NCBI GenBank assembly: GCA_051867435.1
Contig: JBJDYP010000071.1
Coordinates: 9,755 to 73,754, forward strand
Origin: Faecousia sp.
Lineage (GTDB): Bacteria > Bacillota > Clostridia > Oscillospirales > Oscillospiraceae
DNA length: 64,000 nt
Direction of reading: 5' to 3'
Positions within the stretch are counted from its first letter, which is position 1; each line of letters opens with the position of its first letter. This document shows, piece by piece, positions 41,111 to 49,811 of the stretch. A program made the translations under genes and the position numbers. The notes beneath the pieces were generated by a model that was given only the letters and a program-made list of their open reading frames with translations, was not told the DNA's origin and searched no databases.

Positions 41111-41143
41111 TTTTGGGGTCAGGCGATGCGCCTGGCCCCAAAG
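41111..41143. terminator. Hairpin downstream of the GH53 gene
   Basis: TTTGGGGTCAGGCG-atg-CGCCTGGCCCCAAA. Confidence 0.6.
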
Positions 41144-41147
41144 TCAT

Positions 41148-41198
41148 AAAAAAGCAGATACCGCAACTGACACGAAAAGTATCAATTGCGGTATCTGT
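41148..41198 (-). terminator. Terminator of tRNA-Leu
   Basis: CAGATACCGCAA...TTGCGGTATCTG stem with a T-run on the minus strand. Confidence 0.7.
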
Positions 41199-41200
41199 TA

Positions 41201-41287
41201 TGGTGCCGCTGACCGGGCTCGAACCGGTACGGCCTTGCGGCCAAGGGATTTTAAGTCCCTGGTGTCTACCAATTCCACCACAGCGGC
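41201..41287 (-). tRNA. tRNA-Leu(UAA)
   Basis: Reverse complement GCCGCTGTGGTGGAATTGGTAGACACCAGGGAC-TTAAAA-TCCCT...GGTTCGAGCCCGGTCAGCGGCACCA: cloverleaf, long variable arm, encoded CCA, upstream TTGACG-17-TATATT. Confidence 0.96.
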
Positions 41288-41416
41288 ATATTTACCCAGA
41301 TAATATAGCACAATCTTTCCAACCCGTCAAGCAAAAACCAGCCGTGCAAATTATTTACAGTGGACTTTTCAGCCGGTTTCCGTTATGATAGAACCAAACC
41401 AAAAAGGAGGTTTTTT

Positions 41417-42100
41417 ATGATTCGACAGATCATTCAGATAGACGAAGAAAAGTGCAACGGCTGCGGTGCCTGCGCCATCGCCTGCCACGAGGGCGCCATC
41501 GGCATTGTGGACGGCAAGGCACGGCTGCTGCGGGACGACTACTGCGACGGCATGGGCGACTGCCTGCCCAACTGCCCCACCGGCGCCATCACCTTTGTGA
41601 ACCGGGAAGCCGCGGCGTATGACGAAGCCGCCGTCCAGGCGTCCAAGCAGGCAAAGGCCGCTCACACCGGCTGCCCCGGCACTGCCGTAAGGCAGATGCG
41701 TCACGCGGACGCAGAATCCTGTCCCGCCCAGGAGAGCCGGCTTCGCCAGTGGCCCGTGCAGATCAAGCTGGTGCCTGTCAATGCCGGCTTCTTTGACAAC
41801 GCCGACCTGCTGATCGCCGCGGACTGCACCGCCTACGCCTTCGGCGACTTCCACAACCGTTTCATCCGTGGCCGCGTCACCCTGGTGGGCTGCCCCAAGC
41901 TGGACGGCGTGGACTACGCCGAAAAGCTCACCGAGATCCTCCGCCGGAATCACATCCGCAGCATCACCGTCACCCGGATGGAAGTCCCCTGCTGCGGCGG
42001 CATGGAAATGGCGGTCAAGCGTGCAATCCTCCAGTGCGGCAAGCAAATCCCCTTCCGCGTGGCAGTGATCTCCGCCGACGGCAGAATCCTCCGGGAGTGA
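41417..42100 (+). CDS. 4Fe-4S ferredoxin-domain protein (family often found next to hcp)
   Basis: CNGCGACAIAC, CDGMGDCLPNCP, QWPVQIKL, GCPKLD and MEVPCC. Confidence 0.85.
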   Translation: MIRQIIQIDEEKCNGCGACAIACHEGAIGIVDGKARLLRDDYCDGMGDCLPNCPTGAITFVNREAAAYDEAAVQASKQAKAAHTGCPGTAVRQMRHADAESCPAQESRLRQWPVQIKLVPVNAGFFDNADLLIAADCTAYAFGDFHNRFIRGRVTLVGCPKLDGVDYAEKLTEILRRNHIRSITVTRMEVPCCGGMEMAVKRAILQCGKQIPFRVAVISADGRILRE

Positions 42101-42104
42101 TGCC

Positions 42105-42527
42105 ATGGTCAGAGCGCAAAACGAGCTGATCGGCGCGCTGATTGGTCTGGGCAGAGCCGTCTGGGGCAATCCCACCTCTCCCGAGACGGATCGGGTCATG
42201 CTGGATGCCCTGGGGATCGCGGCCGGCTCCGGGGATCCCGAAGCGCTGACCCGGGCAGCCCATGCCGTCCGGGAAGAAAAGTTCAAAGCCGTGCCAAATT
42301 GCAGGACCTGCGCCGCGCCCTGCGGCAGAACCTCGGACTTTGATCTGGCGCTGCTGACCCTGGAGCCCGCCGACCGGCAGGCAGCCAAGCAGGCGCTTCT
42401 GCGTGCCATGCTGGATGCCGCAGCCGCCGGAACCGGCACCGCTGCCGCCTTTTACGACGCTCTGGCGGCAATTCCCGAGGATCTTCCTCCCGGGGAACTG
42501 ATTTCCATCGCCGAAAAGCTGAAATGA
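42105..42527 (+). CDS. Hypothetical protein resembling the N-terminal helical region of hybrid-cluster protein
   Basis: QNELIGALIGLGRA...EK...PNCRTCAAPCG. Resemblance recalled, not searched. Confidence 0.55.
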   Translation: MVRAQNELIGALIGLGRAVWGNPTSPETDRVMLDALGIAAGSGDPEALTRAAHAVREEKFKAVPNCRTCAAPCGRTSDFDLALLTLEPADRQAAKQALLRAMLDAAAAGTGTAAAFYDALAAIPEDLPPGELISIAEKLK

Positions 42528-42603
42528 CCACATTGCCCCGTGGGAGATCCCCACGGGGCAAAAACTGCCGCTGCCCCACGGGCAGCGGCAGGATGTAAAA
42601 CCA

Positions 42604-43011
42604 TTACAGATATTTCTTCATTTCCTCGGAGAGCGCTTCGGGAGCCTCGGACAGGGAAATGGTAATATTCATGCAGTTGACCTCCGCGAATCTGTCGCAC
42701 CAGGTTACAAATGCCTCGGCAGCAGCCACGTCCTTACCAACAATCTTGTACAGGCCGTCAATATAAACATGCGTAATGTCGAAGTTGCCGGCGTGGAGAC
42801 CGCTGACCAGTCCCTTCAGCAGATCCGCATTCACAATGCCATACTCCTCCGCATCCACAAGACGGATCTTGTGCGGCAGGTCATAGGTCAGCTTCTTGCC
42901 CTTTTCGATGCAAACCACATCGCCGTTGGCAGTCCTGACGGCTTCCTGCATTGCGTCAATGAGCTTCTTCGTCTTGCCGGTGCCCTTCAGGCCCATAATC
43001 AATTTAACCAT
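42604..43011 (-). CDS. Conserved small clostridial P-loop protein
   Basis: N-terminal GLKGTGKT and IDG; GGGAGG RBS. Confidence 0.75.
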   Translation of the reverse strand: MVKLIMGLKGTGKTKKLIDAMQEAVRTANGDVVCIEKGKKLTYDLPHKIRLVDAEEYGIVNADLLKGLVSGLHAGNFDITHVYIDGLYKIVGKDVAAAEAFVTWCDRFAEVNCMNITISLSEAPEALSEEMKKYL

Positions 43012-43110
43012 AGGATATTCCTCCCTTGAATGATACAGTTGGGGTTATAGGTATTGTACCAGTTTTTAACGGATATTTCAACTGTTTTTCCGCGAAAAAC
43101 CAAAAGATTT

Positions 43111-44421
43111 TTACTTATCCGCATAACCGGGCTTGCCCAGCAGCTTGAACATATTGCGCTTGTAGAATTCCACACCGGGCTGGTTGAAGGGATTCACACC
43201 CAGCATATAGGCGGAAACACCGCAGCACAGCTCCAGGAAATAGAACATCTCGCCCAGCTTCTTGGCATCCAGCTCACCCATATCCATGGTGATCACGGGC
43301 ACGCTGCCGTCCACATGGGCGGCCAGGGTGCCCAGGAACGCCTGCTCATCCACAAAATCCAGGGTCTTGCCTTCCAGGTAGTTGAGGCCGTCCAGGTTCT
43401 TGGGATCGCCGCCCACAACAGCCTTCTGCGCGGGAGGCGCAAAGCGAACCATGGTTTCAAAAATGTTGCGCTCACCCTGCTGGATCATCTGACCCAGAGA
43501 GTGGAGATCCGCGGTAAACTCGGCGGTGACAGGGAAAATACCCTTGCCGTCCTTGCCCTCGGACTCGCCGAAGAGCTGCTGCCACCAGCCGCCCATCATC
43601 CTGAAGCCCGGCTCAAAGGACTCAAACAGCTCAATCTTCTTCCCCCGGCGGTACAGCAGGTTCCGCACCGCGGCATACAGCCACACCGGGTTCTCAAAGG
43701 AGCGCAGATCGTAGGCTTTCTTTGCCTCAAAAGCACCCTGCATCACATCCAGAGGATCGATGCCGGCAACGGCCATGGGCAGCAGACCCACAGCGGTCAG
43801 CACGGAGTAACGTCCGCCCACATCGGGGGGGATCACGAAGGTCTCCCATCCCTCCTCCTCTGCCATCTGGCGCAGCGCGCCCTTGCAGGGATCGGTGATG
43901 GCGTAGGTACGCTTCCGCGCGCCGTCAGCGCCGTACTTGCGCTGCAGCATCCAGCGCAGAGCCCGGGTCGCGATGGCAGGCTCGGTGGTAGTGCCGGACT
44001 TGGAAATGATCACGATGGAGAAATCCTTGCCCTCCAACTGGCTGCACAGGTCATTCCACGCCCGGGTAGACAGGCCGTTGCCGGCGAAAAAGACCTGGGG
44101 GTTGCCCTTGGTGCCCTTCTTCAGGTTGTAGTTGCAGCCCTGGAGCAGCTCAATGGCGGCACGGGGCCCCAGATAGCTGCCGCCGATGCCGATGACCACA
44201 AAGGCATCGGAGGTCTCACGGATGCGCTCCGCGGCGGCACGGATCCGGCGGATCTCCTCATTTTCTTCCCCGACAGGCAGATTCAGCCAGCCCAGAAAAT
44301 CGCTGCCGGCGCCGGTGCCTTCCGTCAGGGTCCTGTGTGCGGCAGAAACCTCCTTCTCCAGCGCGAGCAGGTCGGGAAGCGCCAGCTCACCCCAGACATT
44401 GGAAATGTCAACTTTGATCAT
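43111..44421 (-). CDS. pgi: Glucose-6-phosphate isomerase
   Basis: GIGGSYLG, SKSGTTTE, VGGRYSV, QLFGESEGK and NPFNQPGVE. Confidence 0.97.
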   Translation of the reverse strand: MIKVDISNVWGELALPDLLALEKEVSAAHRTLTEGTGAGSDFLGWLNLPVGEENEEIRRIRAAAERIRETSDAFVVIGIGGSYLGPRAAIELLQGCNYNLKKGTKGNPQVFFAGNGLSTRAWNDLCSQLEGKDFSIVIISKSGTTTEPAIATRALRWMLQRKYGADGARKRTYAITDPCKGALRQMAEEEGWETFVIPPDVGGRYSVLTAVGLLPMAVAGIDPLDVMQGAFEAKKAYDLRSFENPVWLYAAVRNLLYRRGKKIELFESFEPGFRMMGGWWQQLFGESEGKDGKGIFPVTAEFTADLHSLGQMIQQGERNIFETMVRFAPPAQKAVVGGDPKNLDGLNYLEGKTLDFVDEQAFLGTLAAHVDGSVPVITMDMGELDAKKLGEMFYFLELCCGVSAYMLGVNPFNQPGVEFYKRNMFKLLGKPGYADK

Positions 44422-44603
44422 ATGATTACAAACTCTCCTTTTGGTGGTATAGATGCTCTGTGTCTATGTTACTCCAAAAAGGGCAAAAACGCAAGACTTA
44501 TGAAAAAACTTTCAAAAAATTTCATGTTTTTTGGAAATCCGTATTTCCTTTTGCGGAGAATATGCTATAATGAATCCACCAAATCAAACGGAGGAACAGC
44601 AAA

Positions 44604-45539
44604 ATGAGATACGGATACGGCGTGGATCTCGGCGGAACCACGGTAAAAATCGCATATTTTGACGAAAACGGCACCATGCTTTCCAACTGGGAGATTCCCA
44701 CGGTGAAAGAAGACGGCGGCAGCCGGATCCTGCCGGATATCGCGGCATCCGTGCTGGCGCATCTGGAAAAAACCGGCGAAAAGAAGGAAAATATCATCGG
44801 CATCGGCATCGGCGTGCCCGGCCCTGTGGACGGCAAGGGCAATGTGAACAAATGCGTCAACCTGGGTTGGGGCAGATTCAACATTCATGATGCCCTCTCT
44901 TTCCTCACCGGGCTGCCTGTCCGGGCCGGCAACGATGCCAATGTTGCCGCGCTGGGTGAATGCTGGAAGGGCGGCGGCAACGGCTGCGAGAACATGGTCT
45001 TTGCCACCCTGGGCACCGGAGTCGGCGGCGGTATCGTGGTAGGCGGACGGGTGATCCCCGGCGTTCACGGCGGCGGCGGAGAAATCGGCCACATGGTTCT
45101 GAACCGGGACGAGACCGACCTCTGCGGCTGCGGCAAACGGGGCTGTGTGGAGCAGTACTGTTCCGCCACCGGCATTGTCCGTCTCGCGAAAAAGCACCTT
45201 GCCGGATGCCGGGGGTCTTCCCTCCACGCCGTGGAAAATCTGACCTGCAAGGATATTTTTGACGCGGGCAAGGCCGGCGACCAGGCCGCGAATCAGATCC
45301 TGGAGCAGTACTACGCCTACCTGGGAGAATTCCTGGCGGATATCTGCTGCGTGGTGGATCCCGAAGCCGTGGTACTGGGCGGCGGTGTCAGCAAGGCCGG
45401 TCAAGTGCTGATTGACGGTGCCAAGCGGTATTTTGAACGCTATGTGTTCCATGCCAACCGGGATGTTCGCTTCGCGCTGGCCTCCCTGGGCAACGATGCC
45501 GGTGCCTACGGCGCGTTCAAGCTGGTGCTGGATGCCTGA
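44604..45539 (+). CDS. ROK family glucokinase
   Basis: DLGGT, NDAN, GTGVGGG, GEIGH and CGCGKRGCVE. Confidence 0.92.
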   Translation: MRYGYGVDLGGTTVKIAYFDENGTMLSNWEIPTVKEDGGSRILPDIAASVLAHLEKTGEKKENIIGIGIGVPGPVDGKGNVNKCVNLGWGRFNIHDALSFLTGLPVRAGNDANVAALGECWKGGGNGCENMVFATLGTGVGGGIVVGGRVIPGVHGGGGEIGHMVLNRDETDLCGCGKRGCVEQYCSATGIVRLAKKHLAGCRGSSLHAVENLTCKDIFDAGKAGDQAANQILEQYYAYLGEFLADICCVVDPEAVVLGGGVSKAGQVLIDGAKRYFERYVFHANRDVRFALASLGNDAGAYGAFKLVLDA

Positions 45540-45570
45540 TCCATTCCCATACATAAGTCTGTGCATACAC

Positions 45571-45605
45571 AAAAATCCAAGGCGCGAAAACGCCTTGGAT
45601 TTTTT
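45571..45605. terminator. Bidirectional terminator
   Basis: AAAAATCCAAGGCG-cgaaaa-CGCCTTGGATTTTT. Confidence 0.85.
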
Positions 45606-45616
45606 ACTGCACGATT

Positions 45617-46540
45617 TTATACCCAGAGCTGGTCGGGATACAGTCCCGATTCGGTCATCCGGCGGATCGCTTCCACCACGGAGGGCTTATCCTCCTTGTA
45701 GGTCACGCCGTACCACTTGTCTGTGGAAGAAAGCACCCGGACCGCCGCCTTTTTCTCCGTGAGAAGCCGCTCCACCACCAGCGGGATGAAATACTCCGCC
45801 TTGGTGGGGTTGTTTGCCATGGCATTCTCCAGAAATCCGGGGAAGCCCTCGATGCTCTCGTCCAAAAAGCTGCGGTGAAACCCCCACAGGTTCATGGAAA
45901 CCAGGGTGTCCGGGGACAGCTCCTGCCAGGTGGCACCCTCGTCCAGGGAAAATTTGGGGTTCGGATCGCCCTTGATCACCTTGGTGCGCTCCACGATGGA
46001 GGTCAGGAAACCATTTTCATCCGCCTGGCACACGCCTCTTGCCACGGAGCCGTTCTCCGTCACGGTGTTCTTCAGAAGATAACCCACCAGGCAGTAATTG
46101 TGGCACCGGGGATCGTCCTGCGTGGTGGTCAGGAAGTCATAGACCGTCCGGAACGCGGAAACGCCGTAGTAATCGTCCGCGTTGATCACGGCAAAGGGGC
46201 CGTCCAGCACATCCCGGGCTGCCATCACCGCATGAGCTGTGCCCCAGGGCTTCACCCGGTCCGCGGGAAGGCGGTAGCCCTCCGGCAGGTCGTCGGCGCG
46301 CTGATAGGCATACTTCACATTCATGTAGGACGCGATCCGGTCGCCGATGGCGCTGCGGAACAGCTCCTCAAATTCTTTCTTGATGATAAAAACCACCGTG
46401 TCAAAGCCGGCACGGTACGCGTCATAGATCGAATAGTCGATGATGAGCTGACCGTGATTGCCCACCGGATCCAACTGCTTCATTCCGCCGTAACGGCTGC
46501 CCATGCCGGCGGCAAGCACAACAAGCGCAGGTTTTTTCAT
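45617..46540 (-). CDS. Sugar-phosphate nucleotidyltransferase
   Basis: LAAGMGSRYGG.K, KPWGTAHA and INADD. Confidence 0.88.
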   Translation of the reverse strand: MKKPALVVLAAGMGSRYGGMKQLDPVGNHGQLIIDYSIYDAYRAGFDTVVFIIKKEFEELFRSAIGDRIASYMNVKYAYQRADDLPEGYRLPADRVKPWGTAHAVMAARDVLDGPFAVINADDYYGVSAFRTVYDFLTTTQDDPRCHNYCLVGYLLKNTVTENGSVARGVCQADENGFLTSIVERTKVIKGDPNPKFSLDEGATWQELSPDTLVSMNLWGFHRSFLDESIEGFPGFLENAMANNPTKAEYFIPLVVERLLTEKKAAVRVLSSTDKWYGVTYKEDKPSVVEAIRRMTESGLYPDQLWV

Positions 46541-46727
46541 AACCGCAACAACCTCCGAATGATGTATTCTGCTCCGATATTATAGTACATTCCCGGCTTC
46601 TTTTCAACCCTTATTCGGTATTTTAATATCTTTTGCTTGACGGCACAGAAAAAACAGGCGAAAGCCGTTGCAAATTGCCGCGCTTTGCGCTACAATAGCA
46701 GAAAATAAATAAGCAGGAGGCATACTC

Positions 46728-47360
46728 ATGGGAGACATTCTGGTGATTGGCATTGCCGGAGGCAGCGGCAGCGGAAAAACCACCCTGATGAAAAATCTGT
46801 GCGAGCGTTTCGACGGCGAGATCACGGTCGTCAGTCACGACAACTACTACCGCAGACGGGACGAGCTGACCTACGAGGAGCGCTGCGCCATCAACTACGA
46901 CGAGCCCGCCGCGTTCGAGACCGACCTGATGGTGCATCAGCTTGCCCAGCTCAAGCAGGGTCACGCCATCGATTGCCCGCTCTATGACTTCACCTGCCAC
47001 AACCGCAGCAACGAAACCACCCATGTGATTCCCAAAAGCGTCATCATCGTCGAGGGTATCCTGATCTTCGCGGAGAAGGAGCTTCGCGACCTCATGGACA
47101 TCAAGATCTATGTGGACACCGACGCGGATGTGCGCCTGTGCCGCCGGGTCAAGCGGGATGTGACCAAGCGGGGCCGTACTCTGGAATCCGTCCTGAACCA
47201 GTACATGAAGACCGTGAAACCCATGCACGAGCGCTATGTGGAACCCAGCAAGAAGTATGCCGACCTGGTGGTTCTGGAAGGCGGCAAGAATCTGGTCGCC
47301 CTGGATATGCTGTTCCACCGCATTCAGCGCCACATTGACGAGGATTCCGTGAATCCATGA
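46728..47360 (+). CDS. udk: Uridine kinase
   Basis: GGSGSGKT, DNYY, NYDEP, VEGI and R.CRR..RD...RGR. Confidence 0.93.
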   Translation: MGDILVIGIAGGSGSGKTTLMKNLCERFDGEITVVSHDNYYRRRDELTYEERCAINYDEPAAFETDLMVHQLAQLKQGHAIDCPLYDFTCHNRSNETTHVIPKSVIIVEGILIFAEKELRDLMDIKIYVDTDADVRLCRRVKRDVTKRGRTLESVLNQYMKTVKPMHERYVEPSKKYADLVVLEGGKNLVALDMLFHRIQRHIDEDSVNP

Positions 47361-47989
47361 GAGCCGAGAGTCTGATTTTTGATGTGGACGGCACCCTCTG
47401 GGATGTGCGGGATATGGTTGCCCGGGCATGGAACCGGGTCATGGTTCGGGAAGGCTACCCTGACCGCTTCGTCACCGGGGAGAGCCTGACCGGGCTTTTC
47501 GGCAAGACCGCCGGTGAGATCGCGGAGATCGTCTTTCCCGGAGATCCCAGGGGCTACGATCTGCTCCTCAAGTGTCTGGCGGAGGAAGAGGCGCTGATGG
47601 CCCAGGCCGGCGTGGTCAGCGGTTATCCCGGCACCGTGGAAACCATGGAGCGGCTGGCAAAGCACCACCGCCTGTTCATCGTCACCAACGGCGGCAAGGG
47701 CTATCCCCAGCAGGTTATGGGGAAGCTGGGCATGACGCACCTGTTTTCCGGCAGCCTGTGCCACGGAGAAACCGGCACCTCCAAGGGCGAGACCATTCGG
47801 ACGCTGATGGCCCGCCACAGCATCACCAGCGCCGTTTACATCGGCGACACCCTGGGCGACCAGCAGGCCAGTGATCTGGCGGGGCTTCCCTTTATCTGGG
47901 CAGCCTACGGCTTCGGCACCCCGGAGCATTATGACGCAAAGCTGGAGAAGATCACCGATCTTCCCGCACTGATGGAGGATCCCCTATGA
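47357..47989 (+). CDS. HAD family hydrolase
   Basis: DVDGT, VTN and IGDTLGD motifs. Confidence 0.9.
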   Translation: MRAESLIFDVDGTLWDVRDMVARAWNRVMVREGYPDRFVTGESLTGLFGKTAGEIAEIVFPGDPRGYDLLLKCLAEEEALMAQAGVVSGYPGTVETMERLAKHHRLFIVTNGGKGYPQQVMGKLGMTHLFSGSLCHGETGTSKGETIRTLMARHSITSAVYIGDTLGDQQASDLAGLPFIWAAYGFGTPEHYDAKLEKITDLPALMEDPL

Positions 47990-48414
47990 AGCAGGAAAAA
48001 CGATGGGTTCGCCCGGTATTCTACGCATTGCTCGCTTTTCTGGTGATAATCGGGCTGTTTTATACCTTCCGTCCCATGGATCTGATGAATACACCGCCGG
48101 AGACGGTGGGAAAGATCGTCCTGACGGACTGTGCGACCGCCTCCGCCGCTGAGATCACGGACCCGGAGCGGATCGAGGGCCTCATGGCTGTGCTGAACGC
48201 CGCGGGCATCACCCGTTCCGACAACGCGGAGCAGGATCCCCCGGAGCACGGCGTGCTGGTGGCGGTCTACACCACAGACGGCAATCTGGCGGATAGCTGG
48301 AACAATTTCTATGTGGTTGGCTCCACCACCATCCAGCGCAGCGGCTATGTTTTCACCGTCCGCAACGCCTCCTTCAACCTGGACGCCCTGATCGCAGCGG
48401 CAAACGGGGAATAA
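47986..48414 (+). CDS. Hypothetical membrane-anchored protein
   Basis: N-terminal TM helix, GGAGG RBS and 4-nt overlap with the HAD gene. Confidence 0.7.
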   Translation: MKQEKRWVRPVFYALLAFLVIIGLFYTFRPMDLMNTPPETVGKIVLTDCATASAAEITDPERIEGLMAVLNAAGITRSDNAEQDPPEHGVLVAVYTTDGNLADSWNNFYVVGSTTIQRSGYVFTVRNASFNLDALIAAANGE

Positions 48415-48448
48415 AAAACCGGCTGAAAGAGAACCCTCTTTCAGCCGT
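48415..48448. terminator. Terminator hairpin, copy of the one at 23228
   Basis: AAAACCGGCTGAAAGAG-aacc-CTCTTTCAGCCG. Confidence 0.75.
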
Positions 48449-48451
48449 TCG

Positions 48452-48805
48452 CTATTTCATGAATTTATCCACAGCTTCGCACAGATCGTCGATGGCGCTC
48501 TGATCCCCTGCCGCCACCGCGTCCACCATGCAGTGCCGCAGATGATCCTGCAGGATCACCTTGCCGGTATTGTCCAGCGCGGAGCGGACGGCGGCAAGCT
48601 GCACCAGCACCTCGGAGCAGTCATACCCCTCCTCCACCATCCGCTTCACCTTTTCCAGATGGCCCACTGCCCGGGCAAGACGGTTGATCACCGCTTTCTG
48701 GTTCTCATGGACGTGGCCGTGGGTATGGGCAATCCCGTGGGCGTGCATATATTCGTGATCGTGAACAGAGTCATGCCCGTGTTCGTGGATGTGTTCGTCT
48801 GCCAT
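48452..48805 (-). CDS. CsoR/RcnR family metal-sensing repressor with His-rich N-terminus (InrS-like)
   Basis: NRLAR..GH....M.E....C.E.L.Q..A; ligand set N-terminal His, Cys, His, Cys. Confidence 0.9.
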   Translation of the reverse strand: MADEHIHEHGHDSVHDHEYMHAHGIAHTHGHVHENQKAVINRLARAVGHLEKVKRMVEEGYDCSEVLVQLAAVRSALDNTGKVILQDHLRHCMVDAVAAGDQSAIDDLCEAVDKFMK

Positions 48806-48828
48806 TGGGTCTGCCTCCTTTTCCTGCT

Positions 48829-48922
48829 ATTATAGCCTGTTTCCCCATGCCTTGCAAGCCCTCCCGGGGGATATTCAGCAAAAAATAAATATTTTGACTT
48901 TCCAATTTCTTTCGGGTATAAT
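48829..48922. promoter_or_regulatory. Divergent sigma-A promoters flanking a C/G-tract candidate operator
   Basis: Minus strand TTGCAA-17-TATAAT (48857-48829); plus strand TTGACT-17-TATAAT (48894-48922); CCCTCCCGGGGGATAT lies between them. Confidence 0.6.
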
Positions 48923-48950
48923 AACAAAAAAGCAAAAAGGAGTGTTATCC

Positions 48951-49334
48951 ATGCATCTTGACCACGATCATCACGAGGGGGAAGTGCATTCCCACCCCCA
49001 TACCCATACCTATGAGCACACCCACGCCCACAGCACCCACGAGCATACCCATGAGCACGAGCATGACCACGAACATACCCACAGCCATTGCGACCACGGC
49101 TGCGACGGCTGCGCCACACCCTGCGAGCACACCCCCATGGAGGAGCTGACCGCCCTGATGAAGTATATGGTGGGTCACAACGCTGCCCATGCCCGGGAAC
49201 TGGCGGATCTCGCGAAGCAGTTGGACAACGCCGGCAACCACATGGCATTTGAGCAGGTCATGGCCGCGGTTTCCGACTTTGAAAAGGGCAACCTGCGCCT
49301 GAGCGCCGTGCTGGCCAGCATGGATGTGAAGTAA
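48951..49334 (+). CDS. His-rich putative nickel/cobalt-binding protein
   Basis: 21 His in the first ~49 aa, then CxxxCxxCxxxC and a helical domain with HNxxHxxE. Confidence 0.75.
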   Translation: MHLDHDHHEGEVHSHPHTHTYEHTHAHSTHEHTHEHEHDHEHTHSHCDHGCDGCATPCEHTPMEELTALMKYMVGHNAAHARELADLAKQLDNAGNHMAFEQVMAAVSDFEKGNLRLSAVLASMDVK

Positions 49335-49345
49335 GGAGAACGCCC

Positions 49346-49543
49346 ATGTGCCTTTCTACCGTGTATAAGAATCAGATGGCCCCGGAGTCCGTGGTCATGC
49401 GGAATGTGATGCGCATTGACTGCAGGGACGGCTGCGTAATCCTCACCGACCTGATGGAGCGTCAGGTTGCCATCGAGGGAGAGCTGCTCCAGGCCAATCT
49501 GGTGGATGGTTTTGTCATTGTGAAGGAAGCCGTCCCCGCCTGA
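49346..49543 (+). CDS. cooT: CooT family nickel-binding protein
   Basis: 65 aa; N-terminal MCLST..., VM.NV..I, L.D..E, ANLV; AAGGAG RBS. Confidence 0.8.
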   Translation: MCLSTVYKNQMAPESVVMRNVMRIDCRDGCVILTDLMERQVAIEGELLQANLVDGFVIVKEAVPA

Positions 49544-49547
49544 TTTC

Positions 49548-49581
49548 AAATGGGAGGATCCCGGGGATCCTCCCATTTTTT
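49548..49581 (+). terminator. Intrinsic terminator
   Basis: AAATGGGAGGATCC-cgg-GGATCCTCCCATTTTTT. Confidence 0.85.
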
Positions 49582-49597
49582 CGTACATTTGTTCTTA

Positions 49598-49758
49598 GGA
49601 AGCTCTGAACAAATCGTCTGCGGCTGAGCAGCGGATCTTTTTCTCCATCCGCGCAGTTTCAAAAGTGAGAAATACATCCAGTATTCCTCCACTTTTGAAA
49701 CTTTCGGCTGAAGAAAAATCTCTCGTTGTCAGCGCTTGCCGATTTATTCAGAGCTTCC
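49598..49758. mobile_element. 161-bp fold-back MITE/REP-like element
   Basis: 19-bp terminal inverted repeats with one mismatch (GGAAGCTCTGAAcAAATCG / CGATTTaTTCAGAGCTTCC); inner perfect 13-bp IR AGTTTCAAAAGTG / CACTTTTGAAACT; no ORF. Confidence 0.75.
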
Positions 49759-49811
49759 CTTGCATAACATGGCATCCTATGCTATGATTAAGGAAAAAGG
49801 AGGGAAGCGCC

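Noticed and set aside
36581-41287. Possible genomic island integrated at tRNA-Leu
   Set aside because: No integrase and no duplicated tRNA 3' end found by eye on the other side of the GH53 gene.
44500-44527. TGAAAAAACTTTCA palindrome-like site between pgi and the glucokinase gene
   Set aside because: Lacks the central CG of cre/LacI sites and sits in AT-rich sequence where such matches arise by chance.
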